DNA of 64,000 nucleotides from Mizuhopecten yessoensis (Eukaryota): NCBI RefSeq assembly GCF_002113885.1, contig NW_018405922.1, positions 218,477 to 282,476 of the forward strand, read 5' to 3'. Shown piece by piece: positions 29,103 to 41,775 of this stretch (position 1 is its first letter; each line of letters starts with the position of its first letter). The notes under the pieces were generated by a model. It saw only the letters and a program-made list of their open reading frames with translations, ran no database searches and was not told where the DNA came from. The position numbers and the translations under genes were made by a program.

Positions 29103-29499
29103 ATGCAGTACAAGGATCGTTGTTCACCTGATTATGGCTATTGCAGCGAACAGGAACATCCGGTAACCGAAACCTTGCTATCCCCTCGCCAGGTGTATGA
29201 AATGGGGGGTTGTGCGCATGCCTGGACAGACGACTCCTCCATGTATCCGGTAACTAACGTTTCTCCCGCCCTACCCGACATGACAAACATTATTCCACAT
29301 ACGTATGAAGCGGACAAGCGCGTCCCACCATCGTATGCAGAGCACATGCAGAGAACTAGAAGCAGGTCTTTAAGTGCACCTCAAATGAACTGTAGTAGTG
29401 ACGTCAGAGGCCATGAAACGTCACAGCAGATACAATCTACTGGAGCTATGCTGAACGATATTATGGACTGTATATCTGCCGACGGACAGACCAGCGATG
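29103..29499 (+). CDS. ETS factor, first coding exon (low-complexity N-terminus MQYKDRCSPDY...ADGQTSD)
   Basis: Pyrimidine tract and acceptor cttgtcatag ending 29081; in-frame TGA at 29085 makes ATG 29103 the start; donor GATG|gtaagt at 29499/29500, phase 1; GC-richer than flanks. Confidence 0.75.
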
Positions 29500-29738
29500 G
29501 TAAGTTGTTTTTTTTATCAAAAAAATATCTTGCAGAGTACCCACATTTTCGACCTTGTGATCATGCAATTAGCTATACCCTGATTTGTAAGTATGCACCT
29601 CCTCATCTGTTTCAACAGTAGTTTCAACCTATTTGAATGTTGACTCTTGGGCCCCTAGCCTCACTTATGAGCCCTACAATGACAAAACAGATGTATGATG
29701 CAGTGCACCTCATTTTTTTTAACAATATATCCAAATTG

Positions 29739-29928
29739 TATTCCGTCTTTGCGTATTGCGGAGTTATCTTCTCTTTGGAGCAGGTATTGATTGTTACGTC
29801 ACTAGTTTGTGAGAGTAACGTCATCAATTTTTGGGAAAACGACGTAATTTTCTCACACAAACCAATGACGTAACAATCAATACCTGCTCCCAAGAGAAGA
29901 TAACTCTGCAATACGCAAAGACGAAATA
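29739..29928. mobile_element. Palindromic MITE family A, most intact copy (TA-flanked)
   Basis: TA-ttccgtctttgcgtattg ... caatacgcaaagacgaaa-TA with roughly 65-70-bp TIRs. Confidence 0.85.
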
Positions 29929-30973
29929 GGCACAATCAAGCTGCTCGTGACTCATCACAAAGCCTTGCTAAATGATTAATGCGAAATAATAAGTGTTTAT
30001 TATCTAGATAGATTATTCAACTCTCAATATAGTATACCTCTGAATAAAATCAATTATACAAATATTATGATTATAAGTACATTAGGTTAAAATAAGAGTT
30101 ATAATAATCTATATAATACATTATTAATACCTTATTGTTTATTTCTGATTAAAATCAAACTTAAACCAGAAACTTGACGATTGTTCAATGTAAAGCTATA
30201 TCAAGGAAAGAATAGTAGTATTTTATATTTTAAGTGTTCACAAACAAGTTACTGATACTATAAATTTGATGACAGTGTCATGAATCTACTGACAATGAAT
30301 AATTCTATCACAATTCGAGTGATTTGAACGATAACAAAGTTATTGCATACTATATTTATCAGGGAGTTAATATCAGACCTACGGATGATAACTAAGTATG
30401 TAGAACATTTGTTCTCTAGGCACTCAGAATGTGTGTCTTCACGCAGAAAAATAAGAACAGTACAACAATGATTTTCAGGCGCTGTCATATCGAAAACATT
30501 AAAACTAAAATATTTTTTCATCTGGTGACTAAGGTTGATTTTGAGAAGAAATGTCATATTTTCTTAGCGATTTTAAGCAGAAGTATTCCTTGGGTTATAC
30601 CTATTTACGTCATAATCATGTAAAAAGTAGTCCCTACAACGTCTTTGAATCGATTTGATGTAACTTGTCTAACAATTTGAGGAAATTTGCCAGCATTCCA
30701 GCTTTGTTATACCGTAATGTGCCTTCGTATACAAGTACAAGTGTGTGTGTGTGTTATTTTTCAAATTGCAACAAGGTGCACCTTCTTAGCAAGGCAATCC
30801 ATATAGTGAATGTTATGTCTAAGTCGATGATCAGTTGTTGTAGTTTTATTTCTATAGCTCTGTTATTGGGAGAAATATATATTATGATATAAAGAAGCAG
30901 GTAAATTTGGGTGAATATTTATTTATTAATAAAACAGTTAGTTAATGATATAGGACGATACTATTGCGGATTT

Positions 30974-31300
30974 NNNNNNNNNNNNNNNNNNNNNNNNNNN
31001 NNNNNNNNNNNNNNNNNNNNNNNNNNNNNNNNNNNNNNNNNNNNNNNNNNNNNNNNNNNNNNNNNNNNNNNNNNNNNNNNNNNNNNNNNNNNNNNNNNNN
31101 NNNNNNNNNNNNNNNNNNNNNNNNNNNNNNNNNNNNNNNNNNNNNNNNNNNNNNNNNNNNNNNNNNNNNNNNNNNNNNNNNNNNNNNNNNNNNNNNNNNN
31201 NNNNNNNNNNNNNNNNNNNNNNNNNNNNNNNNNNNNNNNNNNNNNNNNNNNNNNNNNNNNNNNNNNNNNNNNNNNNNNNNNNNNNNNNNNNNNNNNNNNN
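30974..31300. other. Assembly gap (327 N) inside the ETS gene intron
   Basis: Run of N. Confidence 1.
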
Positions 31301-32210
31301 ATCGACGAGATGAGGTCGTTTTCCCGTACAAAATCGAAAGACCATCCAAAGTTAGATTCATTCTAGAATCATGTTGTTGTTGTTTATGAAAGAAAACACT
31401 ATTTGACATAAATAGGAAACTCATATGAAGTAAGTGCCAATGAAAGTGCTAAAAAACGTTTTGCATTATGATTTTTAAAGGACTCTTTTCCGAGCGCATT
31501 TTCACGCTATAATAGTGATAAGACTATATATTCATAGACTGAAAATGACAGTTATGCTCGCATATGAACCTCCTCATAGAACAGATATACAATGGTATAA
31601 TCACATCAAATGAAATTATTGGTTTTTCAACAAAGGGCGCGTTTAATTAGATCATTTTGTAAGGTTTGACCCCTCTCTTTGTTGTACTTGATCATCAAAG
31701 GCTGCTTTGACTAATAACGTCTACAAAAAAATATGTGTAGAAAAAAGGAATAACCTTACTACCTAAGTCATCGAGGGGGAAACTGTCATTTGCATATCAG
31801 CTTGTTTGTTCTTCTTTTTTATTTTTTATTTTTCTATAAGGTTAGTATTTACTACAACTTGCAATTAGCTTTTAATTGCAATACTTAAAGGTGCTTTGAC
31901 AGGAGGAATATAACAGTAAAGAGAAATATTTCTTATTTACATCTTGTCTTTCATCATCACAAATAAAAGCAGAAAATAGGTTTTGATTTTGCTTGATATT
32001 ATGATTATATTACAACTTTGAGAGTATTGTTTCACCTTCCTTGATACTGCAGTAGGTGTGAGGACGAGTTCATTAAACTCATTTGAGGTAGAAACAAAAC
32101 CAGTTTTACATATACAAAAATACATTTCTAAGAATTTCCAAAAAATTATCTAAAACAAAACTGGCATTTCAAACTCAATTTGGAAGGTATTTATTCGAGG
32201 GTTAATGGGA

Positions 32211-32385
32211 CAGTCACCAGGTACCGGCCGCAGGTGGGTGGTGTTTCTCTCGGTGGGTGTTTTTTCTCTCGGGGTGGGGTGGGGTGGGGGTGGGGGGGTC
32301 CTTCATCACCAGAAACTACCACGTACTTTTATGACTAAATCTATAAATAGGACGTAGAGTACTATCAAAACATACCAAACCAAAT
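32211..32385 (+). mobile_element. 3' part of a tRNA-SINE with a (GGGGT)n tract
   Basis: cagtcaccaggtaccggccgc is shared with 38498-38520; ends ataggacgt...ccaaaccaaa. Confidence 0.5.
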
Positions 32386-32665
32386 ATAATGAAGTAAAGC
32401 GGGATAAATCGTTAACAAGAACAATAGAGACATCTCAAGAGGTGCGATGGAGACAGCTTTTCAAGTCAATGGATCAGCCACAACCCCCATACCATCCCGT
32501 ATACCCTGCCAAAAATCCGTGTAACTAAAAATATATAGCAGTTACAAACTCACACTTCATGCGGTGTTTAGGATTGTTGTTTGCTACTAACATTAACATG
32601 ATGAAATGATGATTTGACAATTTATAAAAACAAAACGAACTACCATTTATCACTTTTCTACGATT

Positions 32666-32760
32666 GACATCATTAATTTCCGGTACTACGCGCTTTGATA
32701 ACAACTGTGAAATACAACAGGATTATATAAAGGGTGCATTGTAACTACTTACTCATTCTA
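32666..32760 (+). promoter_or_regulatory. Candidate internal promoter: CRE/AP-1-like TGACATCA, ETS site ACCGGAAAT (- strand), TATA box, Inr
   Basis: TGACATCA 32666-32673; ATTTCCGGT 32676-32684; TATATAAAG 32724-32732; TCATTC Inr with A at 32755, 31 nt from the TATA T. Confidence 0.5.
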
Positions 32761-32786
32761 ACCCGATTGAGCATTAAGAACACAAG

Positions 32787-32826
32787 ATGTCGCTAGGGTT
32801 GTATATATATCGGTACTACGAGCCAG
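32787..32826 (+). CDS. Candidate alternative first coding exon of the ETS gene (MSLGLYIYRYYEP)
   Basis: aagATG, 13 codons +1 nt, consensus donor CAG|gtaagt; phase 1 matches acceptor 37078; TATA and Inr directly upstream. Confidence 0.55.
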
Positions 32827-34724
32827 GTAAGTAGTATAAGATGATCACATATTTTCTATTTTCTATTTCTTTTTTCAACAGAACATTTAACAGAACACAT
32901 TATGTTTCAGTCACATATTCTCAATGTTCACACAATTTGTTTGCTTGGTTTGACATGTTTTTACATTCTTATAAATACTAGATCATAGGAGAAACCATTA
33001 CCATTATACCATTATTGTCATATACCTCCTCACTCCATATAACGCGGATAATGGCTGTATGATCTGTTCTGTCATAATGTACCCGTTTTGTTTAACCAAT
33101 GACTTGGCTGTAATAGAACTAAGGAAGCAGTTGATTACAATCGTCTGACATTTTCTTTGTAAAATCAGTTTGCATTGTGTTGTGGAATAATTGTGTATCT
33201 GTATTCCCAAGAGAAACATGCGGATTTTTAGATATATCTGAACGTTCAAGGAGGTTAAGGCATCCAAATTCGTGATTGTTGATTATCAAATTTTCAAATT
33301 GTAAAAGACACTCGGTTAACCTCTTTTTTAAGAAACCCTTAAATAACATGAATTAGATAAACATTATAGCCAACCACTACACCTTAAGGAACCTTTATTT
33401 TAAATGGCAAGAGCTATGTATTATATCATTGATCAATTCGAGGCCCTACAGAGTCGAGGAAATATAGGCCTGCTGTATTATATTGTATACCTCGAGGGGC
33501 TACTATTGTGGGGGTTCCTGCAGGATCGGGGGTTGTCTCCGGCTAATGGGGACACTGAAGACACGATAATTGATCTGCTGCCCTCATTGCAACATTCGGA
33601 ATCTTATATTTATCTCTACTTCCTACCTACCTTGCTAGAATGTCAAGGTCACAGGGGTCAAATGTATTTGCATGTTTTAACAGGTTCTTTTGAATTACTT
33701 CAATAGTCTTAGATACTGATTAACTTTATGTAACAAACGTGATATTTGTACAAGGTGATCCGTGCTATGAGGCAAGTACACCAACATACCTTATCTCTAG
33801 CACATATACGCACATGCATGCTTACACAACACACACGAAGGCACGTCCTTACAAGACCTAAGCTGTTAATATAAAAATAAACTAAAAAGTACCAGGTGAG
33901 TGATATAGGCCAAAAGCAACATATATCTACAATATATCACTGCCCTGCGGTTAAAATGTTGTCTGAAACATTTTTTTACATTTATTTGTTTTTGAGAGAA
34001 AATGTCGATGCCGGTTCTTAAATTACATTCCAAACACAGTGAAATGCGTCTTATACCTACTAATTTATAATAGTAAATGTATAACGATGTACACGACGTT
34101 TTATTGCCACTCACGATATACTCCACCTTTTACTGGTAGCGTAACTCTGCCTTTTATTAGTCAATGCTACTGGAAAATATTCACTTGATTGATATAATAT
34201 TTTAGCATTCTTCTTGAGGTGTTATTAGGTGTGTTTTTTGGTGAGTTTTGGGGAACATTGTAGAAAATTGCTCTGATGCTCACAATCCAGCAATTTGGAT
34301 ATATTTCGTTTCTTTTCCCACTTGTCTACTCTTTCCACTCGGCGTTGTCTCCTCTTAGTACCCGTCTTCATAGGACCTTGGCTGGTGTGAGGGCATTTAT
34401 CCCTACACAAGCAAATAAATAATGACTTCGTTTATGGTCAAACAAATGTGAGAATACAGTGTTCTTCAAGTGTACAAATGTCCATATCCAAGTGGATTTC
34501 AAATAAGTCTTTTTAGTTATCAGTTTTAAAGCAACGACTTCTATAAAAATAAAGTTGTAATAAATTAATTTACAGTCTATGCCAACACTTTAACAACTTT
34601 ATACATTTATACCTTAGCAGATGTTTACAACCCCGCAGGTTTGATATTGGCATGATCTGTTAAGACGTTGTTACTAAAGATATACTTTTATTGTTTATAA
34701 CGGCGTTAGCGCCCATATTTCAAG

Positions 34725-34884
34725 GATTTCCATGATTTTTACAAAGGTTCGCAGTTGACATGTTCTAAATAAGTTAGAGCGAAAATGTTTACAGTTAAGG
34801 GTTTCTTTACATATTTCCATGGTTTTCACAAAAGTTCGCAGTTGACATGCTTTTAACAAAGTTAGAGCGACATGTTTACAGTTA
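34725..34884 (+). repeat. Two-copy tandem duplication of about 87 bp
   Basis: atttccatg.ttttt.acaaa.gttcgcagttgacatg...gttagagcga...atgtttacagttaa twice. Confidence 0.8.
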
Positions 34885-35635
34885 ACGGTCAGGGTTATCT
34901 TAATTCAAATAATAAATTGGCATTTGAGTATGTCAGAGGTTATACAGAACCAGAATACGAATGTTACTCACTTTCTCTAACTTTCAAGCTGATCAAGCAA
35001 TCATTTATCTTAAAGTTAATTTACATATTTGATTTGCCAGTCGGAAAGTGTTTGCAAATACTTCCGTTTACATCGTATTTCGTCGTTTATTACTATGCTC
35101 AGAAGTGTGCCTGGCAGATAAAGTGTCAGGACCCGAGCTCTCGGAATGAGGACCTTATTGTGGTTTGACCTAGATTGCCATGGCGGCTGTCGTCGATTAC
35201 AAAGCAGAATAGACTTATCTTTCTGGAACACAAGGTCTTATTTTCCTTTTTGTTTTTTGAAAAGACTGTATGTAAATCATCCCTTTGTCCTTATTTTGTC
35301 ACAGTGTAATCAATTTTGTGTTGGAATTATGGGTTTCGTTTTGTTTGTTTGTTTTTTCCGTCGAGGATTTACTATCAGTTGTCAGATATTCTAATTCAAA
35401 ATATACCGTACACATTAACAGAAATTATTTGTAATTTACGGAGTATAAGTCGAGTAAAATTATGTTTGCCTTACTCATTTCTTCATTATGATTTAAATTG
35501 AATATTGAATTTAACTTCAGCCTCATATCATGACCGTAAACACTTTCAATTTCGACAAAGGCGAACACAGGTGTAGCTAAAAGCGAATGTCTTTGTAGTA
35601 TTGTAGAAATCAGTTGCGCAGGTGCGAGGTGGTGT

Positions 35636-35858
35636 CTAATGGGGATAGGGATAACTACTGAGCAAGGGTATTTGCGATCGGATGACCAATCTGGATTGGG
35701 ACAACTACTTGAGCAAGGGTATTTGAGATCGGTTGTCCAATCGGGATTGGGACAACTTTTTGAGCAAGGGTATCTGACATGTTGTCCATCGATGATTGAG
35801 GCAATGGCCAACACCAGGGAAACTAAGAGAAGGAAGGAGAAGATAGAAACTGTTTCAT
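35636..35858 (-). pseudogene. Frameshifted (or mis-assembled) secreted Cys-repeat peptide precursor nested antisense in an ETS intron
   Basis: Restoring two single A bases gives MKTVSIFSFLLLVSLVLAIASIIDG-QHVR-YPCSKSCPNPDWTTDLK-YPCSSSCPNPDWSSDRK-YPCSSSYPYPH* (74 aa): a hydrophobic leader followed by 51-bp repeat units. Confidence 0.45.
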
Positions 35859-36052
35859 CTATTAGAGTAACAGAACAAGTGTGCTCCCCTTGTGCTCAAA
35901 GTAAACAGCACAGAAGAAACCCCCCAATTTTCAGTTACATCATTTCAGTAGCATCGCAAGAGTATGTACAGAGATTCACCGAAGAAATGACTGTCGTCTT
36001 TGGCGTCAACTGATAAGAAGAAGGTTGATTGGCATGGTTTTGTTTTCTACTC

Positions 36053-36655
36053 TCCCTGTTTACAATACGGTCGGGGATCGAAAAAGACTGAATCTGTTGT
36101 TACCCATTGCATGTAACGTAAGAGGCGACTTATGGCAGAACCCCCTGCAGAATAGGGAATTTTCTATTTTGCCCTTTACTTGGGAACACAGAAGCGACCG
36201 AAATAAATCTGCTACACCCATTACAATATTTTGGACCTTTATGTTTCTCTTTACTATTTACTTATTTTTATTTCACTGCACCGTCCTGGTCAATACGTCA
36301 CCTTTTGATTAATGTTAATTGTTCGTCCAGGTGAAAATAAAATGGTTCCGTCCCCAGGCCAGGACATACCAAAGTCCTTAAAATGGTAGCTATTTTTACT
36401 TGCCTAATGTTCAGAATGTATGGTAATGGCAACAACTGGTTCATCCGTCATTAGTATAATGTTACAGGACGGAACTATATGCTGGTTGTCTTCGGCATGG
36501 TACTTCAATGAGAAAGCATTATAAAATCGGCATCAGAACCGCTCTATTAAAGTAAGCATATACACCTTCATAGTCTGTATCCGGCACACATATGCACAAC
36601 ACATATGGAGGCAAGTCCTTAAATGAACTTAGCTGTTGATAGGACATTTAACCAT
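36053..36655 (+). mobile_element. Composite SINE family B copy
   Basis: cgtaagaggcgact leader, central core, ccttaaatgaacttagctgttgataggac tail. Confidence 0.8.
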
Positions 36656-37077
36656 TTACAACCTATAACCTAGTCCCTGTTTATAAACGGGTACTTTAAA
36701 CATACTGTTTGAATAAAATGACAAAATGTACTTAATTTTCATGGCAGTAAACAAAGTAGTAGAATTGTTTATTGATTTTAAATGAGGATGAATTGATATC
36801 ATTTAATATTTGTACAATGACGACGCTAAAAGTGAAGTATAATACAATTTTAACAGAAAACCAATAAAACGGAAGCACCTTTTTCACAAATGTGTTTGTA
36901 GATGTAGAAAACGAGGACCGTGCGATCATTTCCTTCATGTAGGGCACATTAGAAGTGCCAAAGGTCAAGGTTATGAATAGCTGAACCATATGTAGAACCA
37001 NACACTGTAAGATTATCCAGTAGAGCAACAATATGTACATTCAGATAATAAATGTTGTTTTCTGTTCTCTTTTGCAG

Positions 37078-37143
37078 TTCCTTTGTTGCACGTGTCCGGT
37101 TATGGTGAAGCCCAATTGCGACAATTAGCATCGCTTCTGGCAG
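37078..37143 (+). CDS. ETS factor internal exon (VPLLHVSGYGEAQLRQLASLLAG)
   Basis: Acceptor ttttctgttctcttttgcag, donor CAG|gtaggt; 66 nt, phase 1-1, no stops; sits where ERG/FLI genes have a short exon before the ETS-domain exon. Confidence 0.75.
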
Positions 37144-38407
37144 GTAGGTAACTCACATGTATAGCATTGTTATATTATATGATTTATTTGACCTGAAATT
37201 GACTAATGTCACAAAGGAATACAAATATTCGAAAAGCTTTTCACATCACTTAATTCATTAAGTATTTTTCCAAATTCACTTATTTATCGATGAAGATTTA
37301 CAGTTACTAGATCATCCAAGCAGCCAAGGCTTCAGTAGTTACTAGTTTTTTCTCCTTACGTTGAATTGTTTTCTTATGTAAATATATATCAAGAGTGAAC
37401 TTCATTTTGATTGCAAACAAAGGTCAATCCATTTATACTACTACATAGGTAGCAGGATTCAAATGATTTTTTCATATTTAAGAAAAACATTATTAAAGCG
37501 CTTCAAAGTGAATGCTGAAAGTGCAAAACATATGATTACCTCTAAAAAGTAAATTAGCAGTAATCAGTGGAGGAAGAACTATATCAGTACAACACTTATT
37601 TTGAACCATAATGAAACTTGTCGTTTAAAACATTTTAGTTGGTGAATTTATTGTGGAAGGTGTTACATGAAGTACACCTTTAAAATGTCTTGTTGGGTTA
37701 GTTGTCAAAGTTAAAAAATTGTGACGTCATAAGAGTTTATAGGCATCTTTTCCTTCGGTTCGCACATATGAATGGATTTGATTTTACTGATCTTATCTTG
37801 AGTACCACCACTGAGGAGTCCTTCATAGACCGATGTCCATATAGAATAATAATACTTACTTTGACCTACTAAATTGACTTACTTCCATTTCTAAATTGTG
37901 CAGGTTTTTTTCTCAATATTTCCAGTGTTTTATGTTATACTGTGAAAAGATGTGTACTATTGGATGATGGTTACCTCATCTGGGACATTTACACGCTCAG
38001 CGCATATGTTTGGATTTTCAGAAATGTATTCGGGTTCATAATGTTTCCGTTAAAAAATGTTTGCGTTCAGGTGTTCAGACCTTCCCTAGATTTTCCTGAC
38101 GACCCTCGACAATTTTCACCTATTTCTATCTTAAATTAATTTAATATCCCGGTGAAACTCAGTCACTAATTATAATGTACTTTTGTCCTGTTCCATTACC
38201 CTGGCCCAACTCTTGATAGCTTAATAGCTACCGAGTGTGAACAAATGCATTGCAAAATTTGATACAAATTATAAAAATAAACCAATAAAAAATAAAACAA
38301 AAAAAATAAAGATATCTGCCTTCCGACTTACATGTATTTTTCTGGCATGTTACCCGAAACACACATAATGTTTGTTTTGGCCTTAATAATTTCTTCAGTT
38401 CATCTTC

Positions 38408-38542
38408 GGGCCGCGCAGACCAAGTGGTTAAGGTGTCTGACATTCTGCTACCACTAGCCCTTCACCACTTTTTCGTGGGTCCGAGGCCTACGTGGGGCAG
38501 TCGCCAGGTACTGGCCGCTGGACGTAAAACACAAAAAAAAAA
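38408..38542 (+). mobile_element. Internally deleted tRNA-derived SINE
   Basis: gggccgcgcagaccaagtggttaagg (A-box), gggtccgaggcc (degenerate B-box), ggacgtaaaac plus A tail. Confidence 0.6.
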
Positions 38543-38637
38543 GTTCATATGGTTCCCTACCGCGTCTTTGTATTCCAATATTGTTCCTATCTGTTGACGG
38601 TATTATGCATTGATTGTTCTATTTCATTTCGTTGCAG

Positions 38638-39341
38638 GCGGTGGACAGGTCCAGTTGTGGCAATTCCTTTTGGAGCTACTAACAGACGGAGCGAACGACT
38701 GTTGTATAAAGTGGGAGGGACCAAACGGCGAGTTCCGCATGACTGATCCAGAGGAAGTCGCCAAACGGTGGGGAAGTCGCAAAAACAAACCCAACATGAA
38801 TTACGACAAGTTAAGCAGAGCGTTAAGATATTACTATGACAAAATGATACTCACTAAGGTTCAAGGTAAACGGTATACATATAAGTTCAATTTCAAAATG
38901 ATTCTTGAATCAAACAAAAGAGTATCAGGTTCAATAACCAACTCCCTTGATTGGAACTCCCGTGTTGGAGTGGAAGGCCGCTTTCTTCAACACCTGCAGT
39001 TCCGTGACTCGGTATCATCCTTATTACCGATTGACCGATACGTACAGTCCCGACTAGATCGTAGGATGCCGTACCCGATGACCAATTTCGATCGAGGACA
39101 TCCTCCATTGCTACAGTTTGAACATGATCGCTCCCCTCCCTCTGAAAGGTTTGATTATTCCTCTGCAGGATCCTCTACCGGACATATCTCACCCGTTTCC
39201 TCGGTGTCCTCACACCCTCTGCACCAGGAACCGCCCACCTACGTCACAACAGCACAGTCACAGAGCGAGTTCCTACCTCCCTGTTCCTGCTACCCGGCCT
39301 GTCAGTCAGGGCAGAGTTCATTGCCTTACGCACATTACTAG
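38638..39341 (+). CDS. ETS DNA-binding domain exon plus Ser/Pro-rich C-terminus (ERG/FLI/FEV class)
   Basis: [17 protein letters not shown]...[61 protein letters not shown] closely matches the ERG-class ETS domain; acceptor ttcgttgcag at 38637, phase 1. Confidence 0.96.
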
Positions 39342-41775
39342 CGGCTTCCGGTACCTCTTTGTAAAATCACATTCATTCTCATGATCTCGTCCGATGACAC
39401 TGCTCCAAACACGCATGTCAATCAAACAATGTATATTAGCAGAGATATATACTTTACATCCATATCCTGTTTTTGTAAACTTATAAATGATAGTCCATTA
39501 CGCGGTCTATTCATAATAAGGCGTCGTCCATTGAACACTTACCAGTCTTGTTGTCTATCCTATTTTATATGATTTAAAGCGTCGTGGTCTGAATAACATT
39601 AACAATTATGTTCTGTCCGTTTAGTCCCTCTTCTTCTTTCTACATTAAGGTTATAACTGCAATAGTGTTTTGCTGTTTAGTTATTTATCCATTGGTCCAA
39701 TATGATGACACATAATTGCCATCGACTTAGGGCTATCGACATAACTCTTACAAGTTGATATCAGAAATGTGACACCATAATCCTAGAAACCCTCTAACAA
39801 GCAGATGCTTTCACTTCTGTATCTGCTTGATTCGTTTATCAGATAGATAATATCGCTGGAAATAAGACCTGGGGGATTCAGATCAATGGACAGGAAAAGT
39901 AGGTAGTATTATAACATCATGATATAAAGGAAGCTTAGCACAGTGGTTGCTATTCCTGACTCGACACTTTAAAGATTTATTGTGGCATACAAAACAACAT
40001 GTTGACTTAATTGCCATGAAAATTATGATGGCATTCAAAAGTATGTCTACTTAAAATACACTGTTGGCTTGGTTAATATCGTGAGAAGAGCCCAGAAGTA
40101 TCTACAATTAAAAATCATACTTAGAGTTTTATTTCATCATGAGAATAGCAAAAGTGACATACAAGTTATCTGTCGTGAATTTGGAACGTAATATCTTATG
40201 ATGTTTTGGGGTTTTTGAGATGGATGATGCTTTGGAATTTTCGATTCGAAAGACTCTCTTAAAGGATCTTTTAGAGCTTTTGATTGAGAAGAAGCTTTGG
40301 AGTCTTCGAATTGGAACACTTTTTCCTATCAGGTTTTTAATTTCTCAGTTTGGTAGATTTTTTTTCCATGACGCTTTAGAGTTTTTTGAAATCTTCGGTG
40401 ATGTACAACATATATCTTTGACCAGTGCATTGTGCACTTGTTTGACTGTTTCGTTGTAGTTTATGTTTCATTGCCAATTTCAAAGTGACGACGTTAATGT
40501 CCGTAAATGATGATTAAGTAATTAGTTTTCATAACATTGAGCGCATATATTTTGGGATTGTGGCCAGTAATATGTATAATCTCAAATCATTCATATTTTT
40601 TATTTTTATATACAAATCAACATTTTATACTAGTTTACCATGAAGATAAGCACTTACTTGAATCATAATTTAGATGAATAGTCTCGTAATTATTGTTTAT
40701 TTTTGATAAATTCCATATAATTTATTAAGTGGTTTTCATGTTTTATTTTCTTCTTCTTTTTTAAACGAATGACTTATATAAGTGGGTTTATTTTTAATTA
40801 TTAATATTTCTTTTTCAAAAACGCACATGACATACAAACGTATCACTAAATAGTAAGGTATGGTTTGTTTGTAATATAATGGACACATTCGGTTCATTCT
40901 GTATATTAACATACCTTAGATCAATTTTCAAGGAGTACATGCATTTAATTTAGCAGAAACTTTACCACGAATATAAGGACTTGTTTGAATCGTCCTTCAG
41001 TTGAATTGTATCGTAATCAACGTCTATGTTTTAATCATTCCATATAGCTAATGAAGTAGACTTTGTCCTTTTTTAACAAATTACTTTTATAAAATATTAT
41101 TTTCTTTTAAATATTAACACATTTACCTCGAGAACGTATTAAAATAACTATATCTGAATAGGTTATGCTTAGAAAACAAAATACCAAGGAATCCCTCGGA
41201 AAGAAGTAGTATAGTAATAGTGATGGACATGCTAAGATGATTCGTTTATTATCGGAACCCCTCGGAAAGAAGTAGAATAGTAATAGTGATAAGACATGCT
41301 AAAAGAATTCTTATATTTTCGGAACATATGCTTTAAATATCTATTGATGCAATTATTATTAAACGCCTTAAGTAGTATAGGTCGTGATTATATTTACATT
41401 CAATAGTAACATATCTCATATCAATTAAAAGTTTGATTTCATTTTTTTATATATACATATATCGTATGTTTACGTGCCTTTTTGTTAGAGATACGCGAAT
41501 TGTGTGCTTATATAAATATGTCGACAATACAACGATATGTATACATGATTTGTGCAAAAAAAATAGAAAAGAGATGTTGCATTGAGGCTATTCTTTTCGA
41601 AAAAAGAACAATGAAACGGAGATAACACATGATTTGTTAATCTAGAAAAATCGTAGCAAGCCGCATAGGTTCTAGATAACCAATTTGTGATTATATAACA
41701 CATCGGTGCTGTAGGATACTTACTGTGGACCATCCGTACTGTAAAATACTTATTTTGTCGCATCGGTGTTGTACA

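Larger units (their letters stand above)
29103..39341 (+). other. Gene span (CDS start to stop) of an ERG/FLI1/FEV-class ETS transcription factor; join(29103..29499,37078..37143,38638..39341), 388 aa
   Basis: Three exons join through GT-AG introns, both phase 1; 397+66+704=1167 nt is an open frame ending in TAG. Extra exons, for example in the N gap, cannot be excluded. Confidence 0.8.

Noticed and set aside
30911-31424. ORFs spanning poly-X
   Set aside because: Artefacts of the N gap.
33004-33706. ORFs of 76-100 aa in the ETS intron
   Set aside because: No recognisable domain or in-phase splice pair; 33004-33349 is at most a faint LINE 3' remnant, and 33640 onward looks like a repeat fragment.
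35639-36013. + strand 124-aa ORF with EQGYL repeats
   Set aside because: Antisense shadow of the 51-bp repeats; the - strand reading with signal peptide and Cys loops is more coherent.
38408-38500. Possible tRNA genes here and at 7167 and 59580-59645
   Set aside because: Only A/B-box remnants followed by SINE bodies; no complete cloverleaf.
38610-38637. ORF-track start of the ETS ORF
   Set aside because: Non-ATG start inside intron sequence; the exon begins at 38638.
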